Positions 45,663 to 54,775 of a DNA stretch of 64,000 nt are shown one piece after another. The notes under the pieces were generated by a model. That model was not told the origin of the DNA. It saw only the letters and a list, made by a program, of their open reading frames with translations, and searched no databases. Both the position numbers and the translations under genes were made by a program. The stretch covers positions 1 to 64,000 of IMG/VR virus record IMGVR_UViG_3300017991_000048, one strand, 5' to 3'. Numbering within the stretch: the stretch's first letter is position 1; each line of letters begins with the position of its first letter.

Positions 45663-45691
45663 ATATTACAATCGAGCGGACCGGAACTCTA
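45663..45691 (-). promoter_or_regulatory. Phage promoter class I
   Basis: TAGAGT-N17-TAATAT, 4 nt before ATG 45658. Confidence 0.75.
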
Positions 45692-45695
45692 GCTT

Positions 45696-46157
45696 TTAGT
45701 TATGAATAATTCGCTGATTGTACCAGGGCGGAACCTGAGCATTTATAAGGTCGGTGTACATTTTGAACATAACCTGATCAGGCACCCCGTGGGTCTGACG
45801 CTTCATTGCAACTTCGAGCGGAACCCAAACGGTCACAAGCTCAGTTTCATAGTCAAAAGCCTGAGCGTAGGTCATGTAAGGGGCGAATTCAGCGGCATTT
45901 ATGTTGGTGTTGTCAATTATAATGTGCTGCTTTCCAGCATCCACAGCCTCAACAAACTTCAGAAAACACGTCTTGTGGGCTATTGGGAGCAGACTTGGGT
46001 CAAAACCGTACTCGCCGTCCCTCATAAAGAAGTGATCGGCTGAGCAGATAACAGCCGCCTCGTCGCCGTAAACACAGTAGAGGTACGAAAGACTGGCGAG
46101 AATATGAGTTTTCCCGGAACCGGGCAACCCTCTGAGAACTGTTAAGTGCTTTGACAT
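45696..46157 (-). CDS. P-loop nucleotide/polynucleotide kinase (AAA_33 / N4BP2-like)
   Basis: RGLPGSGKT, ICSADHFF, IIIDNTN, RQTHGVP. Confidence 0.85.
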   Translation of the reverse strand: MSKHLTVLRGLPGSGKTHILASLSYLYCVYGDEAAVICSADHFFMRDGEYGFDPSLLPIAHKTCFLKFVEAVDAGKQHIIIDNTNINAAEFAPYMTYAQAFDYETELVTVWVPLEVAMKRQTHGVPDQVMFKMYTDLINAQVPPWYNQRIIHN

Positions 46158-46381
46158 GGTGCCTTTCCGTCGATCATGGCGACGTAAGTTTTGAACATTT
46201 CCTTGTCGAGGATAATCTCCTGGGCAAGCTCACCGTCCGGAAGGTGGATCATCAGGACAAGATCCTTGTGTTCGGTGTTAGACAGGATGGTGATACAGCC
46301 TTTGCCCCACTTGCCCTCATAACGGCGCTCACCGGGAACAACCGTCTCGTCTTTGATGGATATGATGATTTTCTGTTCCAT
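46142..46381 (-). CDS. Small hypothetical protein
   Basis: Start MEQKIII. Confidence 0.55.
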   Translation of the reverse strand: MEQKIIISIKDETVVPGERRYEGKWGKGCITILSNTEHKDLVLMIHLPDGELAQEIILDKEMFKTYVAMIDGKAPCQST

Positions 46382-46425
46382 GTTGGAACCTTCAGACGGG
46401 CTTGGAGCCCGTCTTCTGACAGAGG

Positions 46426-47022
46426 TTACTTGCGAACCTTGACGCTCGCCTTGTCTTGAGAGACAAGCCACTTGACCTTTTCAGGCAGCGAAAACTGCTT
46501 ACGGTCCATGTCGGGCTTTGCAGCCAGGGAAAGCTTGATCTCAAAGATTTGCTTGAACTTTTCAGGTCCGAGCTTTTCGATCAGAAGTTGCACAGTCTCA
46601 TCTGAGGTATCGACCAGAGTCAGAACCCGCCTTTCCTCAAAGTAGGTGTCGAACTCCTGTTCGGCGTCTTCCAAGTCTGCCTCGATGGTGTCCTTTTCAT
46701 CGATCGAAATGGCGGAGAACTTATCCTTGTAAGTTACCTGAACGCCCGGTGTCTCTTCACCAATGACGTTGAACGATTTGGTGAATGTCCCGCTGGTAGC
46801 GTGAGATTCGTACTTGGGAGCAACGATCTCCAATAACTGAGCTTCCAGGGCAGCGTGAGCAGCCTTGGAGTCTTTCATCAGCTTATTGGCTTCGACGATC
46901 TTGTCGGCCAGTTCCCCGCTCTCGGTTAACTCCGGGATACCGTTCTTCTTACCAGCCTTCGGCTTGGCACCGGCATTGGAGTTGAGGAAGTCCGAGACAT
47001 CTACCTTTTTCTTTTTTGCCAT
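46426..47022 (-). CDS. Hypothetical protein
   Basis: 198 aa, RBS GGAG, class I promoter upstream. Confidence 0.8.
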   Translation of the reverse strand: MAKKKKVDVSDFLNSNAGAKPKAGKKNGIPELTESGELADKIVEANKLMKDSKAAHAALEAQLLEIVAPKYESHATSGTFTKSFNVIGEETPGVQVTYKDKFSAISIDEKDTIEADLEDAEQEFDTYFEERRVLTLVDTSDETVQLLIEKLGPEKFKQIFEIKLSLAAKPDMDRKQFSLPEKVKWLVSQDKASVKVRK

Positions 47023-47057
47023 GTTATCGTACTCCGGTTGAGTGTTGATCCATATTG

Positions 47058-47086
47058 GTATTACACATCAGCGTCAGGTTTCTCTA
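47058..47086 (-). promoter_or_regulatory. Phage promoter class I
   Basis: TAGAGA-N17-TAATAC. Confidence 0.7.
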
Positions 47087-47089
47087 GGT

Positions 47090-47502
47090 TTATTTAATCA
47101 AGTTTCGGGTTTTCTCAATCTCGACAATACGAAGTAACTCGTTAGCGATCGCCTCAACTTTGAAGCCAGCTTTCGGCTCCCTGAAGCTCTTACGGCCCTT
47201 CTTGATCCAGCCGTAGCCTATCGAAATGAGCATCTTACCGTTCCAAACGATATCAATGGGGTGATGCCCACTTTTTTCTGCATCCTGACAGTCAGGAACT
47301 CTCGGACGTCAACACCGTCAATATGTAAAGGCGGCTTATAGCCGTCGATAGCGACCGGAAGCATGGCTTCCCCCATGTCCGGGCTGTGGCCGTTGCTTTC
47401 GAGGTGGCTGACAAGCCGGTCCATAAAAGCAGCCAGCCGGGTACGGGCTTCAGCCTCAAGTACCTTGTTCTGCTCCCACTGTATCTGTGTTGAACCGTTC
47501 AC
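47090..47502 (-). pseudogene. Hypothetical protein with two apparent frameshifts
   Basis: ORF 47218..47502 continues out of frame as SGHHPIDIVWNGK...KSFREPKAGFK then VEAIANELLRIVEIE*. Confidence 0.55.
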
Positions 47503-47516
47503 TGTTGCCTCTATTT

Positions 47517-47545
47517 ATATTACAGTTGAGCGACACGATCCTCTA
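47517..47545 (-). promoter_or_regulatory. Phage promoter class I
   Basis: TAGAGG-N17-TAATAT before GTG 47502. Confidence 0.72.
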
Positions 47546-47612
47546 GTTGATTTAATCAAGTTCCCAAAAATATAGACGCCGGGGCGCTCGCAGGCTGACA
47601 GGTTTATTTATT

Positions 47613-47740
47613 GGACCGAACCGACCGGGTGGTTTGTATAGGACCGACTGGATCGGACCGAACTGACTGGACCGAACCGACCGGAGTGACCGGATGGTTT
47701 ATAGGCCGACTGGACCTACAGGGATCTATCGGACCAACAG
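47613..47740. repeat. GGACCGAAC(C/T)GAC(C/T)-type short tandem repeats
   Basis: Three 14-mers plus GGACC/GACT fragments inside a twice-repeated ~45-60-nt block. Confidence 0.75.
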
Positions 47741-48245
47741 GCGATCTCGGATGCGTCAGCATCCGGTAGCAGAGATCCGACCAACGGTGCGCTCCTGCCG
47801 CTTCGCGGCGTCGAGCATACCGTGGGTATCTTTCCTGCTCGCCTACTTGATTTTATCAAGTTTACGATTTTTATTTTTCCTACTTGATAATATAAAGTTC
47901 GACATGCGTTTCGTGCTACTATTATAGCGCGAAACTTGATTTTATCAAGTTTATCATTTTTATAGAAAAAATAAATCCTCACCTGCTCGGTGGGCGCTCG
48001 TGACAACGGATTTTTTCAGTGGGAAAGGTCGTCCGTGTACATACAAAAATACCGCTGTCGCTGTAATCTAAGTATGTGAATTTGCGGGACTTTCGTGCCA
48101 AAAATCGTGCCAAGTTTTTGCGTCCGATTTTCCAGAATTTTCTCAAAACACGCTTGCAATTTTCAGAACTTGATTAAATCAAGTTTCCGGTGTAATACTC
48201 GGATATGAAGCCCGTGAACTACGACATTGAACTTGATATCAACCT

Positions 48246-48554
48246 CTAGCCCTCTCTCAAATGGTCCCAAAGGGTCATTTCCGAGAAGTCTATCCTCTCC
48301 CCACCCTCTTCACATTTCGTGTTGCAGAACCCGACTTCATACCAAAGGATCATGCCACACACCTTGCAGCGGCTCGCTCCCTCAGCCGACATATCCAGCT
48401 TCCCCTCTCGCACCAGGGGCCTAACCTGTTTCTTGATTTCTTCAAAAGCGGCGTAATGCCTAACAAGCACACGCCGCACCTCCTTTGGCCCTATCTTGAT
48501 ATTCCCTGGAAGGTAAAGCGTCTCGTAGGTCAAATTCCTGAGCGAGATATCCAT
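48246..48554 (-). CDS. Zn-ribbon protein with LWDHL tag
   Basis: CKVCG...FCNTKC; ends TLWDHLREG. Confidence 0.8.
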   Translation of the reverse strand: MDISLRNLTYETLYLPGNIKIGPKEVRRVLVRHYAAFEEIKKQVRPLVREGKLDMSAEGASRCKVCGMILWYEVGFCNTKCEEGGERIDFSEMTLWDHLREG

Positions 48555-48577
48555 AATTATTGCTTACACCATTTTGC

Positions 48578-48610
48578 GGTGTAATACTTGATTATATCAA
48601 GTATTACACC
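48578..48610. promoter_or_regulatory. Perfect 33-bp palindrome (two GGTGTAATA boxes around an operator)
   Basis: GGTGTAATACTTGAT-TAT-ATCAAGTATTACACC between divergent genes. Confidence 0.8.
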
Positions 48611-48623
48611 CTATGGTGAAAAT

Positions 48624-48914
48624 ATGCCCAAAGTTGGTGACATTATTTACGTCCCTCACAGTCTCTATGTCTATCGTGGCAGGGACGATTTCCATGGCGG
48701 CAAAGCCCGTGTCTCCAAGGTACAAGAGCAGTTCAACTCCACATTTGTCCACATTGAAGCCCGACCCGGCACTGGGTACAACTGGGCCGTTCTGGAAAAG
48801 CAGCAAGATGAGCTACAAGCCAGATTTGGAGACACCTGGGCCTATCCTGACCCCGACAACCACCAGGACGTCAATGACTCTGAAGCCGACTGGGTGCCCT
48901 ATATACCGAAATAA
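48624..48914 (+). CDS. SH3-like small protein
   Basis: MPKVGDIIYV; first gene of plus-strand array. Confidence 0.7.
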   Translation: MPKVGDIIYVPHSLYVYRGRDDFHGGKARVSKVQEQFNSTFVHIEARPGTGYNWAVLEKQQDELQARFGDTWAYPDPDNHQDVNDSEADWVPYIPK

Positions 48915-49212
48915 TGCCTAGAAACGACCTCAAGTTCAATAAGCGTGGGTTCGCCAGATATGGTGAAGGCTCCTGCTCACATGGCATCGGGTGGCGTGTA
49001 CTCGAATCCTCAATGGCCGATGCCCCTCACTGTTGGCTCTTCACAACTGGTGTCCTGCGCGGTGTGGGCTCGGTTCAGGAGCGAACTCAGAGAGGCGCGT
49101 TGCACCTCAGTGTCGAACAAGCCTCGGAACTAATCAGTCATCTCCAGACCACTGGAAAAGTGACCCTCAACCTGAGACTACTGTCTGGGATCATCTAACG
49201 GACCAGGATTAA
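48914..49212 (+). CDS. Hypothetical protein with VWDHL tag, one apparent 1-nt deletion near 49146
   Basis: ...ELISHLQ continues out of frame as DHWKSDPQPETTVWDHLTDQD*. Confidence 0.65.
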
Positions 49213-49244
49213 TTTTTTTAATTCCCAACTTGATTTCATCAACT

Positions 49245-49757
49245 ATGCAAGACCGACCCCCATTAATCAAAACCAAGTGTACGCGCTGCACCCACATGGG
49301 CTATTCCCGCTACCCCAAGACCTACCGGTGCGGCGCGTGTTATTATGCTGGTTCAACACAAATGTACATAACAAAGGCATCTGACAGTCGTCAGAGAGCC
49401 GTCAAATACGATGCCAAGGCCCGTGAGTGCCTAAATAAGTCTAAAGCCTTCCAGGAACGTCACCCCAATGCAGGCATAATCAATGGCGTTCCGGTTACCG
49501 ATGGTCTTGTTCCCCCGGAGCCGCCTGACCCTCAAAACCATCCCTGGATAACGGACAGAAACCCCACTAACAAAGAATTGCGGCAAAACCCGGTAGACGA
49601 TTCCATAGGCAACCGTTTTCTGGTCTGTGCCGGTGGTCACATCTTTACCGACTTCTTTTTCAGAGAAGACCCGGCTGACAAGGGCAAGTGGAATATCTGT
49701 GAGCATGACAGGCTCACGGTTGTAGCCTGGACCCCTATACCCGAACTCCCCTGGTGA
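49245..49757 (+). CDS. Zn-ribbon plus DUF551-like protein
   Basis: CTRC...CGAC; C-terminal W....RNP....VVAWTPIPELP. Confidence 0.65.
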   Translation: MQDRPPLIKTKCTRCTHMGYSRYPKTYRCGACYYAGSTQMYITKASDSRQRAVKYDAKARECLNKSKAFQERHPNAGIINGVPVTDGLVPPEPPDPQNHPWITDRNPTNKELRQNPVDDSIGNRFLVCAGGHIFTDFFFREDPADKGKWNICEHDRLTVVAWTPIPELPW

Positions 49758-49760
49758 ACA

Positions 49761-50054
49761 ATGCGCCCTCCCAAAATTATCAAAGTCTTTGAGGTTCTGT
49801 TCACCTACAATGGTGCGTTTTACCAGACTGAGTTCTCCGCAGGTACAGATATCGCATGGACAGACGACGGAGAGATCACTCTCGTTTTTCACAGCGTGGA
49901 ACCTGGGGTCCAGTTCATGGGCAAAGGAGCCACGTTCCCGGACGCTATCAGGGATTTAGAGGCCAAGATGCACTCTATTGGACGGTATTTGTTGCGTTTT
50001 ATACAGAGTTCACCCTCTACAGACAACCAGAACCTTTGGGACCATGTGAGGTAA
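49761..50054 (+). CDS. HicB-like-fold protein with LWDHV tag
   Basis: GATFPDAIRDLE; ends NLWDHVR. Confidence 0.75.
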   Translation: MRPPKIIKVFEVLFTYNGAFYQTEFSAGTDIAWTDDGEITLVFHSVEPGVQFMGKGATFPDAIRDLEAKMHSIGRYLLRFIQSSPSTDNQNLWDHVR

Positions 50055-50058
50055 TATA

Positions 50059-50534
50059 ATGTCGTTCGTTGTCCCGTACAGCAGTAGCCCAAATGCCTTC
50101 TATTGCTCCCGTTGCAACAAGACTTTTGTCTACAACAGAACTTTGGAAACCCCTCCCTGTCCTACCTGCGACGTGGTTGAGGCTGAGTTCCCTGACGAAC
50201 CGGACCGGGTAAAGGTTCTAGAAGCTGAGTTAGACATATACAGACATGCTTGCCAAAAAGCAGTCAATGCGCTTCGTGTCAAACGACTGGGATGCCAAGC
50301 TACTCAGCGATCGCCTGATGACCCCCAAGCTCTTTTGGACGAATGTGCCGTTCTCAATAACAATGATTACCGGCCTACCTCTATGCAGCGATTCTGCAAT
50401 ATTATAAAGGTGCTGACGATTTCCATGACGGTCTGCTCATCAAAAGAGAGATAGACTCCCTTTTTGACAAGGCACAAGCCTACTGGACTCCCACCCCTGA
50501 CTCCACCCTTTGGGACCATGTGAAGGAACCGTAA
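50059..50534 (+). CDS. Helical-domain paralog with Zn ribbon and LWDHV tag, 1-nt deletion near 50394
   Basis: CSRC..CPTC; out-of-frame continuation LQYYKG...KREIDSLF...STLWDHVKEP*. Confidence 0.7.
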
Positions 50535-50939
50535 ATGTCCAGAACACTCTCAATCGCAGAACAACAGCTTGAACTCGCTCGAAGTGACTTGGCAATCCTG
50601 GAACAAAGGCACAACCTTCTCAGGGCTCAACTCTTGAAGCTGATCACGGCACTCAGGGACAGGCGTACCACCACCGAAGATCAGAGCATCATACCTACCG
50701 ACATCACTGACGGTAACTTACGGGACTTGGTTGAGTATGAGATGAACCTGCTCAAAGAACTGCCCCTCTTCAGTGAGCTATATAGTAGTCTGGCTCGATA
50801 TTTTGGGGCTGCTCCCAACACCAACGTAATGGCTGACGCTAAACACCGGCTTGTCAGTCTTTATGAACAGGAGATGAGCAAACGTTATGGCAATCAACCC
50901 TCCATCTCTCTTTGGGCCGTTCTTAAGGATTTGCCATGA
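50535..50939 (+). CDS. Helical-domain paralog with LWAVL tag variant
   Basis: LRDRR..E...L..; ends SLWAVLKDLP. Confidence 0.75.
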   Translation: MSRTLSIAEQQLELARSDLAILEQRHNLLRAQLLKLITALRDRRTTTEDQSIIPTDITDGNLRDLVEYEMNLLKELPLFSELYSSLARYFGAAPNTNVMADAKHRLVSLYEQEMSKRYGNQPSISLWAVLKDLP

Positions 50940-50964
50940 CTTTCCTGGTGTAATTATACTCTAT

Positions 50965-51672
50965 ATGGACCTACACCCCCTCTATCTCGAAGGCACCGAA
51001 CTTGACGACTGGGCTGTCAATAACGACCCTGACCCCGCCTTGTATTACAAGACAGCCATGGAAGCTCAAATTCAGAAACTTGAAGCTATCAGCGTCATTC
51101 TCCCGGACTTTGCCAATGCAGGCGTTCCCCCACGGGTTGTGGGGCATCACATTTCCAAGTCCGTCAAACTTCCTGTCACTTGCTTTATGTTCAGTCTTGA
51201 AGGCTTTGAGGCATTCGCTTTTATCCGGGACAATTTCCATGATATCAAGGTCGTGGTTGTTTCCGACGTTCCGGTCCACATCCCCTATTCCGTTGTCCAC
51301 ATCGAATGGACTCAAGAGCATTATGATTCCGAACTCAAAAGCTTCAGCGAGTACCTCTCAGATGAAACTCTGGGTCCAGAAGACGCTCGTAAGCGTAAAG
51401 ACCTGATCGCGTCCGGAACCGACGATTGGTACAAGCAATGGTCTTCTGGGACCATTTTACGTAAGGAAGGCCACATATATCGTGCCGGTAGCCACCAATC
51501 TCACTATTGTGAGGGTATCCGGGAACTCGGATTGGAGGAGTCCGTGTTCAAACCTTACGAGGCCGGTGACAAGGCTTTCGTCTGTGAGGTCTATTCTTAT
51601 TCCACCGTCGCCACAATTTTGGAGTGTATTATTAGCTCCCTCGATATGGCCGAATCTCTGGAGCAGGAATAA
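50965..51672 (+). CDS. Hypothetical protein
   Basis: GGTGTAATT box upstream; VVGHH.SKSVKLP. Confidence 0.75.
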   Translation: MDLHPLYLEGTELDDWAVNNDPDPALYYKTAMEAQIQKLEAISVILPDFANAGVPPRVVGHHISKSVKLPVTCFMFSLEGFEAFAFIRDNFHDIKVVVVSDVPVHIPYSVVHIEWTQEHYDSELKSFSEYLSDETLGPEDARKRKDLIASGTDDWYKQWSSGTILRKEGHIYRAGSHQSHYCEGIRELGLEESVFKPYEAGDKAFVCEVYSYSTVATILECIISSLDMAESLEQE

Positions 51673-51711
51673 TTCTCTGGCCGAACGGTGTAATAGTTGA
51701 TAATATCACCT

Positions 51712-52194
51712 ATGCCTGTCTGCAAGCACTGCAATTCCAATATCCCCTATGAAGGGGGTGTGATCGTTTCCGGGAAGCTTGAATACTGCTCTTTGACGTG
51801 CTTTGCGGTGCGTGTGTTGGAACCTGACCCCACTGACGCAAATCCTAAAAACGAGCTTCACGGCGGGTGTGTAGTCTGTCAAAAGCTAATTTACAATGTA
51901 GGCCCGGTTCATATCCCTGACCCAGACGACGCCGGTATGTGGTTCTGCCCCGATTGCTGCCCACCCGATGAGATAGTTAAGAAGGTGCGTCTTCAGGACG
52001 GTGATTATTACGTCTGTACTCATTGTGGCATGAGGTATCTTATCTCTACCTTCCCTCTCTGGCTTTCCGCGTTTGATAACGGCGTTTATTGCAGTTTGGC
52101 CTGTAGGCAAGGCTCCAGGAATGGCATCCGGAAGCCGTCGCCTGCCAACCTTTGGGACCATCTAACCTTTGGAGGTTCAAGTGACCATACCTAA
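51712..52194 (+). CDS. Multi-Zn-finger (YCSxxC) protein with LWDHL tag
   Basis: Three CxxC/YCSLxC units; paralog of 62178. Confidence 0.75.
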   Translation: MPVCKHCNSNIPYEGGVIVSGKLEYCSLTCFAVRVLEPDPTDANPKNELHGGCVVCQKLIYNVGPVHIPDPDDAGMWFCPDCCPPDEIVKKVRLQDGDYYVCTHCGMRYLISTFPLWLSAFDNGVYCSLACRQGSRNGIRKPSPANLWDHLTFGGSSDHT

Positions 52195-52711
52195 AACCGT
52201 AATGTTCAAAGGCAAAAAGCGTAAAGTCAAAGCTTCTGCTGATGAGTGCGGCTCCTACACCGTCTCCCTTGGCAGTCAAGGCGTGATCCATGTCCGTAAG
52301 TACTTTTCCGGATTTGTAGCCCGGTGCAACGGGCGTAGCATTCAGGGTAATGGGATGTTCCGTCACACTTTCCAGGAAGCCGTCCAAAGCCTGGAAGAAA
52401 ACCTCTTACCTCAAACCATAATGTTTGGCGGCAAGAGACGTAAGGTTACTCCCGGACCCGTTATCATCTTTATTAATTTAGGTAAGGATTTGGGTGATAT
52501 CGAGGTACGTCCTTATCATTACGACTCCAAGTATCATATGCCTGACGGTGCCAGCAATTCCGGGTATTTCGCTCGATACGCCATGGGGAACACCGCTCAA
52601 GGAATAGTGAGAGGCGACACTTTCAGGGGAGCCGTCCAAAAACTTGAGGCGGAAGCACTCAAGTTTTTCAAGGCAATTGGTGCCGAACTTGGATATGAGG
52701 TTGAGGGTTAA
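52169..52711 (+). CDS. Tandem P.T.MF.GK.RKV family protein
   Basis: Two copies of the 30865/54776 domain. Confidence 0.75.
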   Translation: MEVQVTIPKTVMFKGKKRKVKASADECGSYTVSLGSQGVIHVRKYFSGFVARCNGRSIQGNGMFRHTFQEAVQSLEENLLPQTIMFGGKRRKVTPGPVIIFINLGKDLGDIEVRPYHYDSKYHMPDGASNSGYFARYAMGNTAQGIVRGDTFRGAVQKLEAEALKFFKAIGAELGYEVEG

Positions 52712-52713
52712 CC

Positions 52714-52908
52714 ATGCCAGATCAGTTTGGGTGCCAGTTGTGCGGCGGCAAGGGCATGGCATTCATGCTCCGTATCCCCCTTGATACCGGAGAGACACGG
52801 ACTCTCTTTTTCTGTTCCGATGGATGCCGTGCCAGATTCAGAGCATTACTCCCCACCCCCAAAATCATACACCCCGATCTAAGTCTTTGGGATCACCTCA
52901 GAGAGTAA
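52714..52908 (+). CDS. TRASH-like Zn finger with LWDHL tag
   Basis: CQLCG...FFCSDGC; ends SLWDHLRE. Confidence 0.8.
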   Translation: MPDQFGCQLCGGKGMAFMLRIPLDTGETRTLFFCSDGCRARFRALLPTPKIIHPDLSLWDHLRE

Positions 52909-52910
52909 TA

Positions 52911-53165
52911 ATGAACTGCCTGACCTGTAATGAGCCAATTGGCCATACAATTTACTTCCGAAGGCGGGGCAATCATTCTGACCAGAAGGCCCTGCTTTAC
53001 TTCTGTTCCGGGCATTGCAGGTTCCGTGCCATTACAGAAGGCGGCTTCACCTCGTGTGATGGTTGCCTACGAACCCCTTCTTGTGACCCTCACTGTTCAT
53101 CGGGCCGGGGAACCAACTTCACAATCAAACCCATGACTCTTTGGGATTATCTGAGGCATTCTTAA
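52911..53165 (+). CDS. Zn finger with LWDYL tag
   Basis: CLTC...YFCSGHC; ends TLWDYLRHS. Confidence 0.75.
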   Translation: MNCLTCNEPIGHTIYFRRRGNHSDQKALLYFCSGHCRFRAITEGGFTSCDGCLRTPSCDPHCSSGRGTNFTIKPMTLWDYLRHS

Positions 53166-53218
53166 AACACACCGTCTTGCGATTCGGTGTAATACTTGAT
53201 AATATCCACAAGGTCATT

Positions 53219-53815
53219 ATGCCCGAACTGATCGTCACAGACTCCGATTTGAGCGACCGGACCAAGGTTGCCCCTTGTACTCTTTACGTGTGCAAAAGTG
53301 ACCGTCCTGCTACCAACGACGGGCTTTACTGGCGCGTAGTGTACACAATTTCGGCATGTGTGGACGATGTTTTGGGGCATTTCCACACGAAAGAGGATGC
53401 GATCAAGTTCGCTGAAGAGCTTTCGGACCCCAGAGAGTTCCTTGGACTCAAAGTTCAGAACGACCATTTTCGGCAAGAGATAGCCGAACGACAGGGGCAA
53501 TTAGAAGCTCTCAAAAACATAGCCGACGCTATGGTCCAGGAACTTAAGAAAAGACGCGCTCCACACCCGGACGATTCTGAAGGGTTTACAACAGCGTCCG
53601 AATTGAGTTTTGAGTTAACGCAGTTGCGTCTCGGAGCCTTTGACCCCGACTTTCCCAGGCTTCTAACTTTTCTTCTGAGGCATTACCAGGGCGCGGAAAG
53701 CCCTCTGGAGTTAAAGTTGCAAGTCGATTCCGTCTGGGACTGGTATCAAATCAAGCAAATCGAGGGCGATCCTAACTCACCTACATTGTGGGACCACCTA
53801 GAAAACAAGGAATAA
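53219..53815 (+). CDS. Helical-domain paralog (module A) with LWDHL tag
   Basis: GLYWRVV module + ELKKRR...KLQVDSVW + TLWDHL. Confidence 0.8.
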   Translation: MPELIVTDSDLSDRTKVAPCTLYVCKSDRPATNDGLYWRVVYTISACVDDVLGHFHTKEDAIKFAEELSDPREFLGLKVQNDHFRQEIAERQGQLEALKNIADAMVQELKKRRAPHPDDSEGFTTASELSFELTQLRLGAFDPDFPRLLTFLLRHYQGAESPLELKLQVDSVWDWYQIKQIEGDPNSPTLWDHLENKE

Positions 53816-53816
53816 C

Positions 53817-54065
53817 ATGCCTGACATGCCTGACAGCGAATCCCTCAGAGCCTTGCAAGCCCTGTTATCAGAATATGACAAAGCGAATGATGAGACTCTG
53901 GAAGCTCTCAAAGCCGGGGATATGGCTAAGTATGAAAAACTCGCTCAAGCGAAAATGAAAGCCATAGGCGAGCTTGGCCCTGAAGCCTTAAGAAATGTTA
54001 TGAGGGAGCATCCCGAATTCAGACCCCAAGGTTATGACCCGGACTCGGAGGATCAAAATGCCTGA
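53817..54065 (+). CDS. Small helical protein
   Basis: In operon. Confidence 0.65.
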   Translation: MPDMPDSESLRALQALLSEYDKANDETLEALKAGDMAKYEKLAQAKMKAIGELGPEALRNVMREHPEFRPQGYDPDSEDQNA

Positions 54066-54444
54066 GTACGGACCTTCTGAAACCATTGCGGAGTTAAGAT
54101 TCCGGTGTGGTCAGTATCAGGACAGGCTTGATGACCTCCAAATGAGGCTCAATAACATTGAACGTGTCGGCAAAGATTTGGTCCATGAACTCAAAAGTAG
54201 ACGGCCCCGACACCCAGAAGACTCTGAGGAGTATGAGTTAACAGCCGAACTTATGTTTGAAACGGGCCAGCTTCGTGACGGTGTTTGGGATCTCGACCTT
54301 GAAAAGGTTTTGGAGTACCTCGGAGAACGTTACAGATATACAGAGAACCCTTGGTTGATCAAAAGTCAGGTTGACACTGTTTGGGTAAGGTTCCAAGCCG
54401 AACAAACCAAACATTCCAACCTTTGGGATCATTTGAAGGGGTAG
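54058..54444 (+). CDS. Helical-domain paralog with LWDHL tag
   Basis: Closely similar to C-half of 53219. Confidence 0.8.
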   Translation: MPEYGPSETIAELRFRCGQYQDRLDDLQMRLNNIERVGKDLVHELKSRRPRHPEDSEEYELTAELMFETGQLRDGVWDLDLEKVLEYLGERYRYTENPWLIKSQVDTVWVRFQAEQTKHSNLWDHLKG

Positions 54445-54445
54445 T

Positions 54446-54760
54446 ATGGACTGGGTATCTCAATACTGGGTTGGCTTTTGTGTGGCGGGTTATATCTGCC
54501 TTTTGGTCCTTTATTTTCGCACCCTTTACCACTACTACAAGATGAGAGATCTTTACTCCCATGTCCAGGTTGAGAACTCAAAACTACTCAATCGTAACCT
54601 TGAACTACTTGAGCGCAACCATCAGCTTGACCGTCAAAATACCTATCTGGAGCGTCAAAATAGCTCGATGCTCAGAGCCCAACCAACCAAGACAAAAGCT
54701 CGAAAACCGAAACCACCACCGGACGACCCTAAAAGCCTTTGGGATCATGTGAAGGACTAG
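54446..54760 (+). CDS. Membrane-anchored coiled-coil protein with LWDHV tag
   Basis: N-terminal TM YWVGFCVAGYICLLVLYF, heptads, Pro linker, SLWDHVKD. Confidence 0.8.
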   Translation: MDWVSQYWVGFCVAGYICLLVLYFRTLYHYYKMRDLYSHVQVENSKLLNRNLELLERNHQLDRQNTYLERQNSSMLRAQPTKTKARKPKPPPDDPKSLWDHVKD

Positions 54761-54775
54761 AAAAGAGTTGATGTT

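Larger units (their letters stand above)
47547..48600. promoter_or_regulatory. Cluster of TTGAT-N3-ATCAA operators
   Basis: Perfect copies at 47547, 47847, 47936, 48170, 48588; degenerate at 47884. Confidence 0.75.

Noticed and set aside
47694-48006. ORFs 47694..47927 and 47716..48006
   Set aside because: They cross operators and AT tracts and lack RBSs. The region behaves as non-coding.
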